Sequence record: DRR378314_1160
Length of the DNA stretch: 32,177 nt
Reading direction: 5' to 3' (one strand)
A model generated the notes under the pieces. That model made no database searches, had not been told where the DNA came from, and saw nothing but the letters and a program-made list of their open reading frames with translations. A program made the position numbers and the translations under genes. The first letter of the stretch is position 1. Each line of letters opens with the position of its first letter. This document shows positions 1 to 9,898 of this stretch, piece by piece.

Positions 1-30
1 CAGGCGCTCTCCCAGCTGAGCTAAGGCCCC
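1..30 (-). tRNA. tRNA-Ala, 5' portion (truncated by window start; anticodon not visible)
   Basis: Reverse complement of 1-30 is GGGGCCTTAGCTCAGCTGGGAGAGCGCCTG, the typical acceptor stem and D-arm of bacterial tRNA-Ala. It lies downstream of the TIGR02300 gene. Confidence 0.85.
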
Positions 31-227
31 GTTACACACCCCAGAGCGATGCTCTGTTTGGTGTGAGCGCTGATCTAAGGGAGGAGAAGGCGGGCTGCAA
101 GAGGAAAATGAGACAGAAACCTCATTTTTTTCAACTTCGCCAACTGAACTGCGCGATCATCGTGCCGACCCCGAAATCAGCACCCCGCGCAACCCGATCG
201 GGCACGCGGGACTGCTATCGAACATCT

Positions 228-554
228 TCAGGATTCCTCATCCTCGGAAGCCACGTCAGCGATTTCGTCGAGGGATACATCATCCTCTTCGTCATCTTCC
301 AGAACGTCATCGCCGAGATCCATGTCAACGGCATCATCATCGTCTTCCAGAGCCGCGCCGTCACCATCGGTATTCTGCTTCGCCTTCACGCTTGCAGCGT
401 CCTCGGCGTCGGCTGCGATCATGCGGCTCTTGGTGTTGTCAACTTCGACCACATCGCCCGTATAGGGACTAATGATCGGGTTCTTGTTCAGGTCGTAAAA
501 GCGCTTGCCGGTGGTCGGGCAGACGCGTTTCGTACCCCATTCTTCCTTGGGCAT
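228..554 (-). CDS. TIGR02300 / FYDLN-acid domain protein
   Basis: MPKEEWGTKRVCPTTGKRFYDLN motif and a very acidic C-terminus. Start trimmed to the ATG at 554. Confidence 0.92.
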   Translation of the reverse strand: MPKEEWGTKRVCPTTGKRFYDLNKNPIISPYTGDVVEVDNTKSRMIAADAEDAASVKAKQNTDGDGAALEDDDDAVDMDLGDDVLEDDEEDDVSLDEIADVASEDEES

Positions 555-664
555 GTGGATCCCCTTCAAAAATAGCGTGAGTCGGTGAGACGATTCAGGT
601 GCCTTGCCATAAGCGGCAGACCCTGTCAAAGCCTTTGCAGCCTTGCATCCGAAGTGGGGAAACC

Positions 665-1366
665 ATGTCAGAACTGAGCCTGCCCGGAGATCCGGAGGTC
701 CGTGTCACACTGCGCCGCTCGGCGCGCGCGCGCCGTTTGTCGCTCAGGATCTCGTCGCTGGATGGCCGAGTGACCCTGACGTTGCCGAAACGGGTCTCGG
801 AACGCGAAGGACGCGCGTTCCTTCTGGAGAAAGCAGACTGGATCCGGACCCACCTCGACAAGCAACCAGAGCAGATCTTCGTGGCCCCCGGTACACGCCT
901 CCCCGTCGACGGCGACATGCTGGAGGTTCGCATCGGGGCCGGTCGCAGGGTTCTTCGTGAGGAGGGCGCATTGCGCGTGCCCGGCCCGGCCCCGATGCGA
1001 CGCCTGGAGCGCTACCTGCGGGAACTGGCACGGGACAGGCTGGCGTCAGCATCAGATTCCTATGCCGCCCGCCTAGGGCGGACGTACAATAGTCTATCCC
1101 TGCGAGACACGCGCTCGCGCTGGGGGTCCTGCTCGTCCGCAGGCGGGTTGATGTACTCTTGGCGACTGATTCTCGCCCCCGCCGAAGTGCTGCACTACGT
1201 TGCCGCGCATGAAGTGGCGCATTTACAGGAAATGAATCACTCCCGTGCATTCTGGCGCGTCGTCGAGGACCTCTATGGTGACTACGACGCGCCACGCCGC
1301 TGGCTGCAGGCCGAAGGCAACGCATTGCATCGGTATCGTTTTGAAGGTCAATCCGAAAAGGATTGA
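665..1366 (+). CDS. M48-like (YgjP/DUF45) zinc metallopeptidase/hydrolase
   Basis: RSRWGSCS motif, HEVAH zinc motif, NHSRAFW. ATG at 665 follows a GGGGA RBS. Confidence 0.88.
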   Translation: MSELSLPGDPEVRVTLRRSARARRLSLRISSLDGRVTLTLPKRVSEREGRAFLLEKADWIRTHLDKQPEQIFVAPGTRLPVDGDMLEVRIGAGRRVLREEGALRVPGPAPMRRLERYLRELARDRLASASDSYAARLGRTYNSLSLRDTRSRWGSCSSAGGLMYSWRLILAPAEVLHYVAAHEVAHLQEMNHSRAFWRVVEDLYGDYDAPRRWLQAEGNALHRYRFEGQSEKD

Positions 1367-1379
1367 TCTTCCGGCCATT

Positions 1380-1389
1380 TGTGATCACA
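1380..1389. promoter_or_regulatory. Palindrome TGTGATCACA, candidate GntR auto-operator
   Basis: Perfect 10-bp palindrome ending 9 nt before the GntR ATG and downstream of a TTGATC -35-like hexamer (1363-1368). Confidence 0.4.
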
Positions 1390-1398
1390 TAAACTCTC

Positions 1399-2061
1399 AT
1401 GGACAAGCTGCTCACGGGCAACCGCCCCACTGCCGAAAACACGGGCTCTGCCCATGATCGCGTCTACCGGGCGCTACGTACCCGTATCATGCATGGGGCG
1501 ATCTCGCCGGGCGCAGCCCTAACTCTGCGTGGCATTGGCAAGGAATACGGTGTCTCGATGACCCCCGCCCGCGAAGCGGTTCGTCGTTTGGTCGCAGAAG
1601 GCGCACTGTTTCTATCATCCTCAGGCCGGGTCTCGACCCCGGAACTGTCCAATGAACGCATCGAGGAACTGGCGGCACTGCGCGCTCTGATCGAGGTCGA
1701 GCTGGCCTCCCGCGCCCTTCCCCGCGCCCATATGGCGCTGATCGACAGATTGCAGGCCATCAATGGGACAGTGGCTGAAATGATCTCCAAACGCGATGCC
1801 GTCGGCTACATTCGCACCAATCTCGAATTCCACCGAACACTCTATTTGCGAGCTCAAGCGCCGGCCATGCTGGCAATGGCGGAAACTGTCTGGCTGCAGC
1901 TCGGCCCCACCATGCGCGCGCTCTACGGTCGCCTCGGGCGCACCGAGCCGCCCCATAACCACAAGCTGATAATTGCCGCGCTCAAGGCCGGTGACGAACC
2001 AGGTTTACGACTGGCACTGCGCACCGACGTCACCCAGGGATTGCGATTGCTAGCGGGGTAA
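1399..2061 (+). CDS. GntR family transcriptional regulator (FCD domain)
   Basis: N-terminal wHTH (YGVSMTPAREAVRRL) and FCD motifs (NLEFHRTLY, HKLIIAAL). Confidence 0.92.
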   Translation: MDKLLTGNRPTAENTGSAHDRVYRALRTRIMHGAISPGAALTLRGIGKEYGVSMTPAREAVRRLVAEGALFLSSSGRVSTPELSNERIEELAALRALIEVELASRALPRAHMALIDRLQAINGTVAEMISKRDAVGYIRTNLEFHRTLYLRAQAPAMLAMAETVWLQLGPTMRALYGRLGRTEPPHNHKLIIAALKAGDEPGLRLALRTDVTQGLRLLAG

Positions 2062-2255
2062 CCACCGGGCGGTTTCTCGCATCATTCTCGATTTACGAAA
2101 GATAGTGCTTGCAATTCACGTGAAAGAAGCGCATTCAAGGCCTGCAAAGCTGCTTCCTACGATCTACTGTTTCCTTACGGCCCAGTTGTTCTGATGAGAC
2201 ACTTAGGCCAGGCCATCGCATGTTGCGGATGGTATTTTTTTCAGGAGACAACACG

Positions 2256-2462
2256 ATGGCTAATGGCACCGTGAAATGGTTCAACTCTCAAAAAGGTTTT
2301 GGCTTCATCGCACCGGAAAGCGGATCCAAGGACATCTTCGTCCACATTTCCGCTCTGGAGCGTGCCGGCATTCACCATCTTGACGATGGTCAAGCCGTGA
2401 CCTTTGACATCGAAGCCGGCCGTGATGGCCGCGAGTCCGCCAGCAACCTGGCACTCGCCTGA
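2256..2462 (+). CDS. cspA: Cold-shock protein (CspA family)
   Basis: GTVKWFNSQKGFGFI (RNP1) and DIFVHISAL (RNP2). AGGAG RBS before the ATG at 2256. The exact paralogue name is uncertain. Confidence 0.95.
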   Translation: MANGTVKWFNSQKGFGFIAPESGSKDIFVHISALERAGIHHLDDGQAVTFDIEAGRDGRESASNLALA

Positions 2463-2489
2463 GCCTCTTTCGGCTTCACGAGAAAAACG

Positions 2490-2519
2490 AGAGCATCCTT
2501 TCGGGGGTGCTCTTTTTTT
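2490..2519 (+). terminator. Intrinsic terminator after csp gene
   Basis: Hairpin AGAGCATCC...GGGTGCTCT followed by a run of T. Confidence 0.8.
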
Positions 2520-2574
2520 ATTCGCCGGGTCAGCAGCGGCGACAGAAAATAATGAACAAGAATGGAAAATCCAC

Positions 2575-2841
2575 ATGATGGAAGTTTATTGGGGTAGCCC
2601 GATGACATTGGAGTCATCCACCGCGGGCACCCGACGCAAAGTCACCACGATAGAAGAAGCCCAGTATTACCTGCAACACGCCTGGCCCCTGGCCGACACA
2701 ACCCGTGACAGTGCGCTGGAGCAGGTCGAAGCCGCGATGGTCTGTATGGTGTCAGTTGGAGAAGCCCGCGCGGCCTTCCTGTCCGCTGCACGGGCCGCCG
2801 GCTTCCGGGCCCGGCACGACGGGGATGTACAGTCGCTTTGA
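2575..2841 (+). CDS. DUF982-like small protein
   Basis: MEVYWGSP...VTTIEEA...L...WP...EARAAFLSAARAAG pattern typical of DUF982. Start trimmed to the ATG at 2575. Confidence 0.75.
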   Translation: MMEVYWGSPMTLESSTAGTRRKVTTIEEAQYYLQHAWPLADTTRDSALEQVEAAMVCMVSVGEARAAFLSAARAAGFRARHDGDVQSL

Positions 2842-2974
2842 TCTTGAATAGATGGCTGGGTGAGAGGTTCACCCGGCTTGGAGGTGTGGCGCGGAATATC
2901 GGCGCCGATCCGAGCGCAATTCACGCGCGCCTCTCGAATCCGAAGGTGCGCCCGCAAAGTAGGAGCGCGTCCCG

Positions 2975-3190
2975 ATGACCAAGATCACCCCAGAAGAGCT
3001 CGACAAGGCAGGTCAACAACCCCGGCGTGAAACCGCGCTGGAAAAAACCTCGCGCGCAGCCCGCGAAATCATGGATGACGAAGCGGAAGAGCGGCGCGAA
3101 AAAACCGACAAGCTGCGCAAGGCCCGTCTTAAAGATTCAGGCCGCGCCCGCTCCGTCATCAAAGCCACGGAAGACACCGACAACGGCTAA
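2975..3190 (+). CDS. Small charged helical hypothetical protein (71 aa)
   Basis: AGGAG RBS. ETALEKTSRAAREIMDDEAEERREKTDKLRKARL resembles a small alphaproteobacterial protein family often seen near csp genes. Confidence 0.7.
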   Translation: MTKITPEELDKAGQQPRRETALEKTSRAAREIMDDEAEERREKTDKLRKARLKDSGRARSVIKATEDTDNG

Positions 3191-3331
3191 AGGCGGGAGC
3201 GCTCCCAGCCCCTGAGGCTGCGTCACGACACCAGAAACCCTTGATCCGTCTTCGACCTTGTTTGGTTGGGGGCACGAGAGAGACCTCTGTGCCCCGCCCG
3301 ACAGGCAAACTTCTCCGTCCGACTTTTTAGC

Positions 3332-3952
3332 TCATGCTGGCAGTTTTTGCAGGACAAGGAATGTCATCAGCCCAAGCGGCGGCAACTTGCGCCGATCTGC
3401 AGGTTGCAGCGTTGGTTCCTGCAAGACGGTCTCGATCCGAAAATCCGAATGCCAGCCAATCAGGTTTGCCAATGGCGCTGCTACCTTCTCGATTCCGGCC
3501 ATAACGCCGGTCGTGCGGGCAAAGTGATTGGTAATCACCACCTTACCGCCGGGCTTCAGAACACGAGCAATCTCGGACATCACCTTTTCAGGTTCCGGTA
3601 CCACCGACAGCACATGCATTGCTGCGACAGTGTCAAAGGTTGCATCCTCGAACTCCAGTGCCCGTGCGTCCATCCGTTTCAGGTTGATCCGGCTCTCGAG
3701 GTTCAGGCGCTGCACTTTCTGTTGGGCCTTGGCCAGCATCTCGGCACTGAAATCGACGCCCGTCACCTGCACGCCCGGCCCGTAGTGCGGCAGCGATAGC
3801 CCAGTGCCGACACCAACTTCCAGAACATGGCCCTGCCGCTTATTGATGAAATCAACGGCATTGCGGCGACCGATGTCGGTGATCGCACCAAAGGTCCGAT
3901 CATACACCGGAGCCCAGCGCGCATACGACGTTTCGACGGCCTTAATTTCCAA
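3332..3952 (-). CDS. pmtA: Class I SAM methyltransferase, likely phosphatidylethanolamine N-methyltransferase (Rhodobacter-type PmtA)
   Basis: YARWAPVYD, VLEVGVGTG SAM motif, LSVVPEP, RVLKPGG. Last gene of an operon with psd and pssA. TTG start after AAGGA. Confidence 0.8.
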   Translation of the reverse strand: MEIKAVETSYARWAPVYDRTFGAITDIGRRNAVDFINKRQGHVLEVGVGTGLSLPHYGPGVQVTGVDFSAEMLAKAQQKVQRLNLESRINLKRMDARALEFEDATFDTVAAMHVLSVVPEPEKVMSEIARVLKPGGKVVITNHFARTTGVMAGIEKVAAPLANLIGWHSDFRIETVLQEPTLQPADRRKLPPLGLMTFLVLQKLPA

Positions 3953-3953
3953 A

Positions 3954-4718
3954 TTAATGTCCTTTCTTGTCTTCGGTCATCCGGTGGGACAGAACGCTCC
4001 AGACAACTACAATCAAGTATGCGAGGCACAGGACGACAAGGGTAATCCAAGCATAAATCAGCACGGCGGACCCAAGGACGGCAAACCCCACGAGGAAAAA
4101 TTTTACGTTGTTGCGCGAAATGCGTGCAGTCTTGAAGGACCAGACTGGAAAGCGGGCGATCATCGCCCAGCCTACCAAGATCAAGTGCAGACAGATGACG
4201 AGATCCGGTAGCAACCGTGCATCCGAAAAGGCAAACGACAGGAACATCGGCAACATTGCCAGCAAGGCGCCTGCTGGTGACGGAATACCCGTGAAATAGG
4301 CCCCTGCGGCTTCGCGCTCTTCTTCGCTGTCTGCTTTGGCCGCAACGTTGAATCGAGCCAGCCTTACCACGCAGCAGATCGCAAAGATCAGCACGGTGAT
4401 CCACGCCACGCCACGCAGATCCTGAAGCGCCCAGAAATAAATGACCAGTACCGGGGCGACCCCGAAGTTCAGGAAATCTGCCAGAGAATCGAGCTCTGCG
4501 CCCATCTTGCTGTCACTGTTCAGCAGGCGAGCCAATCGCCCGTCCAGACCGTCAAGCACACAGGCCGCAAGGATCAGCTGCACGGCCAGCACATAGTTCC
4601 CTTCGACGCCGAAACGAATAGCCGACAGACCGGCGCAAATCGCTGCGATCGTCAGCATGTTGGGAATGAGCTGGACGATGGTCAAATGTGTGGATGCATT
4701 CTCGGTATCTTCAGGCAT
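3954..4718 (-). CDS. pssA: CDP-diacylglycerol--serine O-phosphatidyltransferase
   Basis: IPNMLT and the CDP-alcohol phosphotransferase motif DGLDGRLAR...GAELDSLAD, plus RLARFN and FTGIPSP. Overlaps the psd stop; start at 4718 or 4721. Confidence 0.9.
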   Translation of the reverse strand: MPEDTENASTHLTIVQLIPNMLTIAAICAGLSAIRFGVEGNYVLAVQLILAACVLDGLDGRLARLLNSDSKMGAELDSLADFLNFGVAPVLVIYFWALQDLRGVAWITVLIFAICCVVRLARFNVAAKADSEEEREAAGAYFTGIPSPAGALLAMLPMFLSFAFSDARLLPDLVICLHLILVGWAMIARFPVWSFKTARISRNNVKFFLVGFAVLGSAVLIYAWITLVVLCLAYLIVVVWSVLSHRMTEDKKGH

Positions 4719-5412
4719 CATCGGTCGCCTGATCATCGCCCACAAAAGGGACTTCCGACAGATCTGCCAACACGGTTTCACCTGCAACCATGGTCTGGCC
4801 GATCGCAACAAGCGGCGCCACGCCTGCAGGCAAGTAGACATCGAGACGAGATCCGAAACGGATCAGACCAAAACGCTCGCCCCCGACAAGTCCGTCACCA
4901 GGCTTGACAAAACAGACGATGCGCCGTGCCACCAGCCCTGCGATCTGCACGACAGCAAGATCACGACCATCGGCCATACGAATCGCGAGCCCGTTGCGCT
5001 CGTTATCGACACTGGCTTTGTCCAGCGATGCATTCAGGAACTTACCCGGTCGATACGCGACTGCCGTGACCTCACCAGCCACCGGCGCGCGGTTGATGTG
5101 GCAGTTGAACACGCTCATGAACACGCTGACTCTTGTCAGTGGCGTGTCCGGCAGCCCCAGTTCGGCCGGGGGCACAGCCGGCTCGATCAGCGACACGATC
5201 CCATCGGCTGGAGAGATAACCAGCCCCGGTCTATGCGGCGTCACCCGTTCCGGATCGCGGAAGAAATAGTAGCACCAGACAGTCAAGCCGACGCCGACCC
5301 ACCCGAGAATGGGGGTCAGCACGAACAATCCCACCGTCACAGCGGCGAAGATGGCGACAAACTTGCGCCCTTCCGGATGCATGGGTTTGATGAAGGTCCC
5401 GATCATGTTCAT
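4711..5412 (-). CDS. psd: Phosphatidylserine decarboxylase proenzyme
   Basis: [33 protein letters not shown], and the RFGS self-cleavage (pyruvoyl) motif. Confidence 0.95.
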   Translation of the reverse strand: MNMIGTFIKPMHPEGRKFVAIFAAVTVGLFVLTPILGWVGVGLTVWCYYFFRDPERVTPHRPGLVISPADGIVSLIEPAVPPAELGLPDTPLTRVSVFMSVFNCHINRAPVAGEVTAVAYRPGKFLNASLDKASVDNERNGLAIRMADGRDLAVVQIAGLVARRIVCFVKPGDGLVGGERFGLIRFGSRLDVYLPAGVAPLVAIGQTMVAGETVLADLSEVPFVGDDQATDDA

Positions 5413-5726
5413 TGTTTTTTCCTTTGTCTTGGGACGGTCAATCCAAATATATGCGCTGCAGTCCCTGACCTGCATTGCGCATCTGACCATTTACGTCCCC
5501 GTAACATGTCCTGACGTTCATCGCTACTGACCGCGATGCGGAAACCACTGTACTTCGGTGTTTGTCTGCCTATTCCCGGCGCTCGGGATGCCTGACTTTC
5601 CCGGTGGAGCACACTGCATATCCGGAAGCGGCTTAGATCACCGCTCCGGTTCACTCATGCACTGAGGTGTGTGCGCTCGTTGGGGCTGGAGCAACCCGAT
5701 CCCCTTATCGCCGGTGTGGCGGCCAC

Positions 5727-6452
5727 TTAAACGGAGAGAAAACCACCGTCCACAGGAAGCACCGCGCCGGTGATCATGCCCGCTGCACCCGACAGCAGCA
5801 GCGCAGCGGCGCTGGCGACCTCTTCAGCTTCGGCAAAACGTCCGGCGGGATGCCGCACCATCATGGGATCTGCCTTCTCCGGATCGGACCAGGCCTCCGC
5901 CGCCAGTTCGGTCAGGGTAATGGTTGGGGCCAGACAGTTAACACGGATGCCATGCGGCCCCAGCTCCTTGGCCAGAACCCGGCTCGCGCCCTCCAGCCCT
6001 GCCTTGGATGCTGCGTAGCACAGGTGTTCTTCGAACCCCCGATGCCCGGCGATAGAGGTGATGTTCACGATGGCGCCCCCACCGCCCGCCGCAACCCGTG
6101 CGCGCGCGAAATCCCGGCAGGTCAGCAAGGCGGCCCGCAGGTTGATATCCATGAGCGACTGATAGGCATCCTCTGTCACCTCCAGGCAGTGCTCAAGAAT
6201 ATTGATCCCGGCAGAATTGATCAGGAAGTCAGCAGGACCGGCTTCTGCCATTGCGGCAACAGCAGCGCGCCCATCAGACAGATCTGCCTGTATCACCCGA
6301 CACCCGATCTGCGCATGTAGTGCTTCCAGATCGGCGATGGTACGCGAGATGGCGATGACATCCGCGCCCGCGGCGTTCAGTTGCAGGGCACAGGCGCGGC
6401 CGATGCCCTTGCCTGCTCCGGTGATGATGACGGTTTTACCAGTGAAATCCAT
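5727..6452 (-). CDS. SDR oxidoreductase, L-xylulose reductase/DCXR-like
   Basis: TGAGKGIG, YAASK, ELGPHGIRVN, VLPVDGG. Last gene of the polyol cluster. Confidence 0.8.
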   Translation of the reverse strand: MDFTGKTVIITGAGKGIGRACALQLNAAGADVIAISRTIADLEALHAQIGCRVIQADLSDGRAAVAAMAEAGPADFLINSAGINILEHCLEVTEDAYQSLMDINLRAALLTCRDFARARVAAGGGGAIVNITSIAGHRGFEEHLCYAASKAGLEGASRVLAKELGPHGIRVNCLAPTITLTELAAEAWSDPEKADPMMVRHPAGRFAEAEEVASAAALLLSGAAGMITGAVLPVDGGFLSV

Positions 6453-6468
6453 GCGATCTCCGATGGGG

Positions 6469-8085
6469 TTATTGCGATTGTTTCATGTCCGTGCGGATGT
6501 TGCGCGCAGTATCCTGCAGCGTCCGGAATGCGCCGTAGCGTGCGTCGTGCAGCTGTCGCAGTGCGCCGGACGCGGGGCTGCAACGCATTGCTACCCGAGA
6601 CATGGCAGGCATCGCAGCCCCTACTCCATCGAATTGACCGGAAGCCACGGACGCCAGCATTGCGGAACCAAGGAGAACAGGTTCTGGATTTTCCGTCACG
6701 ACAACAGGATAGCCCGTGGCATCGGAGAGAATTTGACGGGACAAAGTGTGCGCTCCGGCCCCGCCGGACACCGAGATCACATCAATCGTCACCCCATGTG
6801 CCGCCTGAGCCTCGATGATTTGCCGCAGCCCGTACCCCAGACCGCAAAGACCCGCGACATAAAGTGCCACCAACGCATCGACTCCATCCTCTAATCCAAG
6901 GCCCAGAACCACAGCGCGGGCCTCCGGGTCGGCAAATGGCGCGCGGTTCCCCATGAACTCTGGCACCACATGCAGCGCCTCAGCCAGCCGTACGGCATGC
7001 GACGGGCCTTCCACCCGCTCCAGAGCGCGATCTGCAAGCCACTGGGGAACCGAGATCCCGTCAATGCCCGCGCGCGTTGCCACCTCCGCCGCGGCGGGAT
7101 GAAGCTTTACGAGGTGTTCCATGGCCGCACCGGCGACTGATTGTCCGCCTTCGTTGAGCCACTTCCCCGGTACCATCGCAGAGAAATATGGCCCCCAGAT
7201 CCCAGGCACAAACGCTGGCTCTGAAGTGGTCGTCATGGTGCAGGAGGATGTCCCAAACACATACCCAAGGCAGCGTTCCGGCCGCCCGGCAGCCGCTACG
7301 GTACCAATACCCCCAGCATGCGCATCGATCAGACCGGCTGCCACCGCAGTGCCGGGGCGAAGTCCCAGATCCCGCGCGGCAGGGCCGGTCAGCCCCTGCC
7401 CCAGCGCCGATCCCGGCGTTCTGATGCTGCGACCGATACGAACAAAGGCCTCATCCTCCAGTTGCCCCAAACCGATATCGCGAAAAAAACCTGCATCCCA
7501 GCGATCCTCGTGGGCAAGGTAGGTCCATTTGCAGGTCACGGTACAGGCAGAGCGCGCGGTGTCGCCAGACGCCTTCCAGGTGAGAAAATCGGTCAGATCA
7601 AAGAAGTGCCGCGCCGCTTCAAACACCTCCGCGCGATGCTCTTTTAACCAAAGAAGTTTTGGTATCTGCATCTCGGGCGAGATCCGCCCGCCCACGTAAC
7701 GCAAAACATTGTGATCGCCTGCATTGATCCGCTGTGCCTGCTTTGTGGCACGATGATCCATCCAAACGATAACATCCCGGTCTGGCCGCCCTGCATCCCC
7801 GACTGGCAAGCCTCCCGCTTCTCCTTGCACGACCATGGAACAGGTGGCGTCGAAGCCGATACCCGCCACGTCGGTCGGCGCAACCGCGGCACGTTCCCGT
7901 GCCCGGCGGACGGCTGCACAGACAGCCGCCCAGATCTGTGCGCTGGACTGCTCCACGCGCCCGTCATCCGTGCGCCATATCCGCAAGTCCTCCTTTGCAG
8001 CGCTCAGAAGAGTGCCCCGACCATCAAAGACGCCCGCCCGAGCCGACCCGGTGCCGACATCCACACCGATAAAAAACGCAGTCAT
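6469..8085 (-). CDS. rbtK: FGGY-family pentulose kinase (D-ribulokinase-like)
   Basis: IGVDVGTGSARAG, GFDATCS, WMDHRA, SPEMQIPKLLW, CKWTY, GTSSC, GNRAPFADP. Adjacent to the ribitol dehydrogenase. Confidence 0.85.
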   Translation of the reverse strand: MTAFFIGVDVGTGSARAGVFDGRGTLLSAAKEDLRIWRTDDGRVEQSSAQIWAAVCAAVRRARERAAVAPTDVAGIGFDATCSMVVQGEAGGLPVGDAGRPDRDVIVWMDHRATKQAQRINAGDHNVLRYVGGRISPEMQIPKLLWLKEHRAEVFEAARHFFDLTDFLTWKASGDTARSACTVTCKWTYLAHEDRWDAGFFRDIGLGQLEDEAFVRIGRSIRTPGSALGQGLTGPAARDLGLRPGTAVAAGLIDAHAGGIGTVAAAGRPERCLGYVFGTSSCTMTTTSEPAFVPGIWGPYFSAMVPGKWLNEGGQSVAGAAMEHLVKLHPAAAEVATRAGIDGISVPQWLADRALERVEGPSHAVRLAEALHVVPEFMGNRAPFADPEARAVVLGLGLEDGVDALVALYVAGLCGLGYGLRQIIEAQAAHGVTIDVISVSGGAGAHTLSRQILSDATGYPVVVTENPEPVLLGSAMLASVASGQFDGVGAAMPAMSRVAMRCSPASGALRQLHDARYGAFRTLQDTARNIRTDMKQSQ

Positions 8086-8124
8086 TCCAGTGAGCTCCTG
8101 TTCAAGGTCGGGGGACGAGGTCGG

Positions 8125-8856
8125 TCAAACGCGATCGAAGTTCGTCGGAAGCACGATCATATCGCGGATGGTCACCGTCCGTTTGCGGGTCAGAATATAC
8201 ACCACGGCGTCGGCAACGTCTTCAGGGTCGATCAAACTGCCACTTTCCTTCGCCTTGCGCAGGTTCTCCTCAGGCCAGTCCGCCAGCAGAGCCGACAATA
8301 CCGGTCCGGGCGACACCTGGGCCACACGCACACCATGTGGGATCATCTGACGCCGCATGTTCTGCACAAACGATGTTACCGCCCATTTAGATCCGGAATA
8401 CACGGGCTCCCAATATGTGGGAAAATGCCCTGCCACCGAACTGGTCACGACAATGTCGCCCGTCTTGCGCTCTCTCATATGCGGCACAACCGCGTGCACA
8501 TTCTTCATCACGGCGTTGACGTTGAGATTCAGCATCCGGTCGATCGCCGCAGGTGTGGTCTCGGTCAGATCACCACCGATATAGCTGCCAGCGTTGCAAT
8601 ACAGGATATCGATCTGACCGACCTTGTCCAGAATTTCGGGAACCATCGCGTTGCAACTGTTCTCATCCAGCAGATCGGTTACCTGAGGGATGGCCTGCTC
8701 ACCCAGAGCAGCGACGCACTCACGCAACGCCTCTTCGTTGCGGTCGACCATGACAACGGTTGCGCCCAGGCCCAGCAGGGCTTCTGTGGTGGCATATCCA
8801 ATACCTGACGCTGCGCCCGTGATCACGGCAACCTTGCCGTCCAGCTTCTGTGTCAT
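8125..8856 (-). CDS. rbtD: Ribitol 2-dehydrogenase-like SDR
   Basis: TGAASGIG, NAGSYIGG, GDIVVTSSVAG, WEPVYSGSK, PGPVLSALLADWP and TIRDMIVLP closely resemble Klebsiella RbtD as recalled. Confidence 0.85.
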   Translation of the reverse strand: MTQKLDGKVAVITGAASGIGYATTEALLGLGATVVMVDRNEEALRECVAALGEQAIPQVTDLLDENSCNAMVPEILDKVGQIDILYCNAGSYIGGDLTETTPAAIDRMLNLNVNAVMKNVHAVVPHMRERKTGDIVVTSSVAGHFPTYWEPVYSGSKWAVTSFVQNMRRQMIPHGVRVAQVSPGPVLSALLADWPEENLRKAKESGSLIDPEDVADAVVYILTRKRTVTIRDMIVLPTNFDRV

Positions 8857-8911
8857 ATTGCTTCTCCTTGAAAGTGTGGTGGCAGGCACGTCACCCGCCA
8901 CTCCGGCATGA

Positions 8912-9898
8912 TCAGCGCCAGTCGCGCCCGATATAGATGGCAAGCAGGATGATGCCGCCCTTGATGACGTCCTGCAGATAGGGGTTGATCCCCATGAGAT
9001 TCAGCCCGTTGTTGAGAATGCCCAGCAGCACCGCGCCGATCAGAGTGCCGAGCACCAGACCGCGCCCGCCAGCGATCGCCGTGCCACCAAGCACCACAGC
9101 CGCGATGGCATCGAGCTCGAACCCGACACCAGCATTCGGCTGACCGGACAGCAAACGCCCCGTCAAGATCAGCGCCGCAAGTGCCGCTGTAAGGCCAGAG
9201 ATGCCATAGACCGCAAGCTTTACCCGTTGCGTTTTGACACCGGAAAGCTTGGCAGCGAGCTCATTTCCACCAATGGCATAGACATGGCGACCAAAGGCCG
9301 TGCGCTGTAGCAAAAGCCAGGCCAAGGCGTAGATCACCACCATGATGATCACCGGAACCGGAACAATGCCCACCCGGCCGTTGCCAAACCAGGCAATCCA
9401 GGACGGCAAACCGGAGATCGGATATCCGCCGGAGTAGATCAGACCAAGACCACGTGCGATGCCCATAGTCGCCAGCGTGACGATGATGGCAGGCATGCGC
9501 CCCCAGGCCACGAGGAACCCGTTGAACAGGCCAAGCCCCACTCCGACGCCAAGCCCCGCCAGCAATGCCACTCCGCCAGGCAGCTCCATATTGACCATCA
9601 GCCCTGCTGCAATGGTCCCAGCAAGAGCCATAACCGCCCCCACCGAGAGGTCAATGCCGCCAGTCAGGATCACAAAGCTCATCCCTACGGCCAGCACACC
9701 GACGATGGCCACCTGTCGCAGCACGTTCATGATATTGGAGACCGAAAAGAAACTCTCGGACGCGAACCCCATCAGCGCGGAGACCACAACCAACCCGATC
9801 AATGGCAGCGCGAGGGGCGAGTGCAAGACCCAGGACAGGCTGAACCCTCCGGGTCTGGAGGCACCAACGGCGCCCGTGGATTTGGCATCATGCGACAT
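8912..9898 (-). CDS. Sugar/polyol ABC transporter permease (RbsC-type)
   Basis: [31 protein letters not shown] and multiple hydrophobic segments. Confidence 0.93.
   Translation of the reverse strand: MSHDAKSTGAVGASRPGGFSLSWVLHSPLALPLIGLVVVSALMGFASESFFSVSNIMNVLRQVAIVGVLAVGMSFVILTGGIDLSVGAVMALAGTIAAGLMVNMELPGGVALLAGLGVGVGLGLFNGFLVAWGRMPAIIVTLATMGIARGLGLIYSGGYPISGLPSWIAWFGNGRVGIVPVPVIIMVVIYALAWLLLQRTAFGRHVYAIGGNELAAKLSGVKTQRVKLAVYGISGLTAALAALILTGRLLSGQPNAGVGFELDAIAAVVLGGTAIAGGRGLVLGTLIGAVLLGILNNGLNLMGINPYLQDVIKGGIILLAIYIGRDWR

Noticed and set aside
1-230. tRNA-Ala as an integration site for a genomic island covering this window
   Set aside because: Islands usually insert at the tRNA 3' end, which lies outside the window on the other side. 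No integrase or att-like duplicate was seen, and the neighbouring genes look like core genes.
63-575. 170-aa plus-strand ORF
   Set aside because: Antisense shadow of the TIGR02300 gene with no recognisable motifs.
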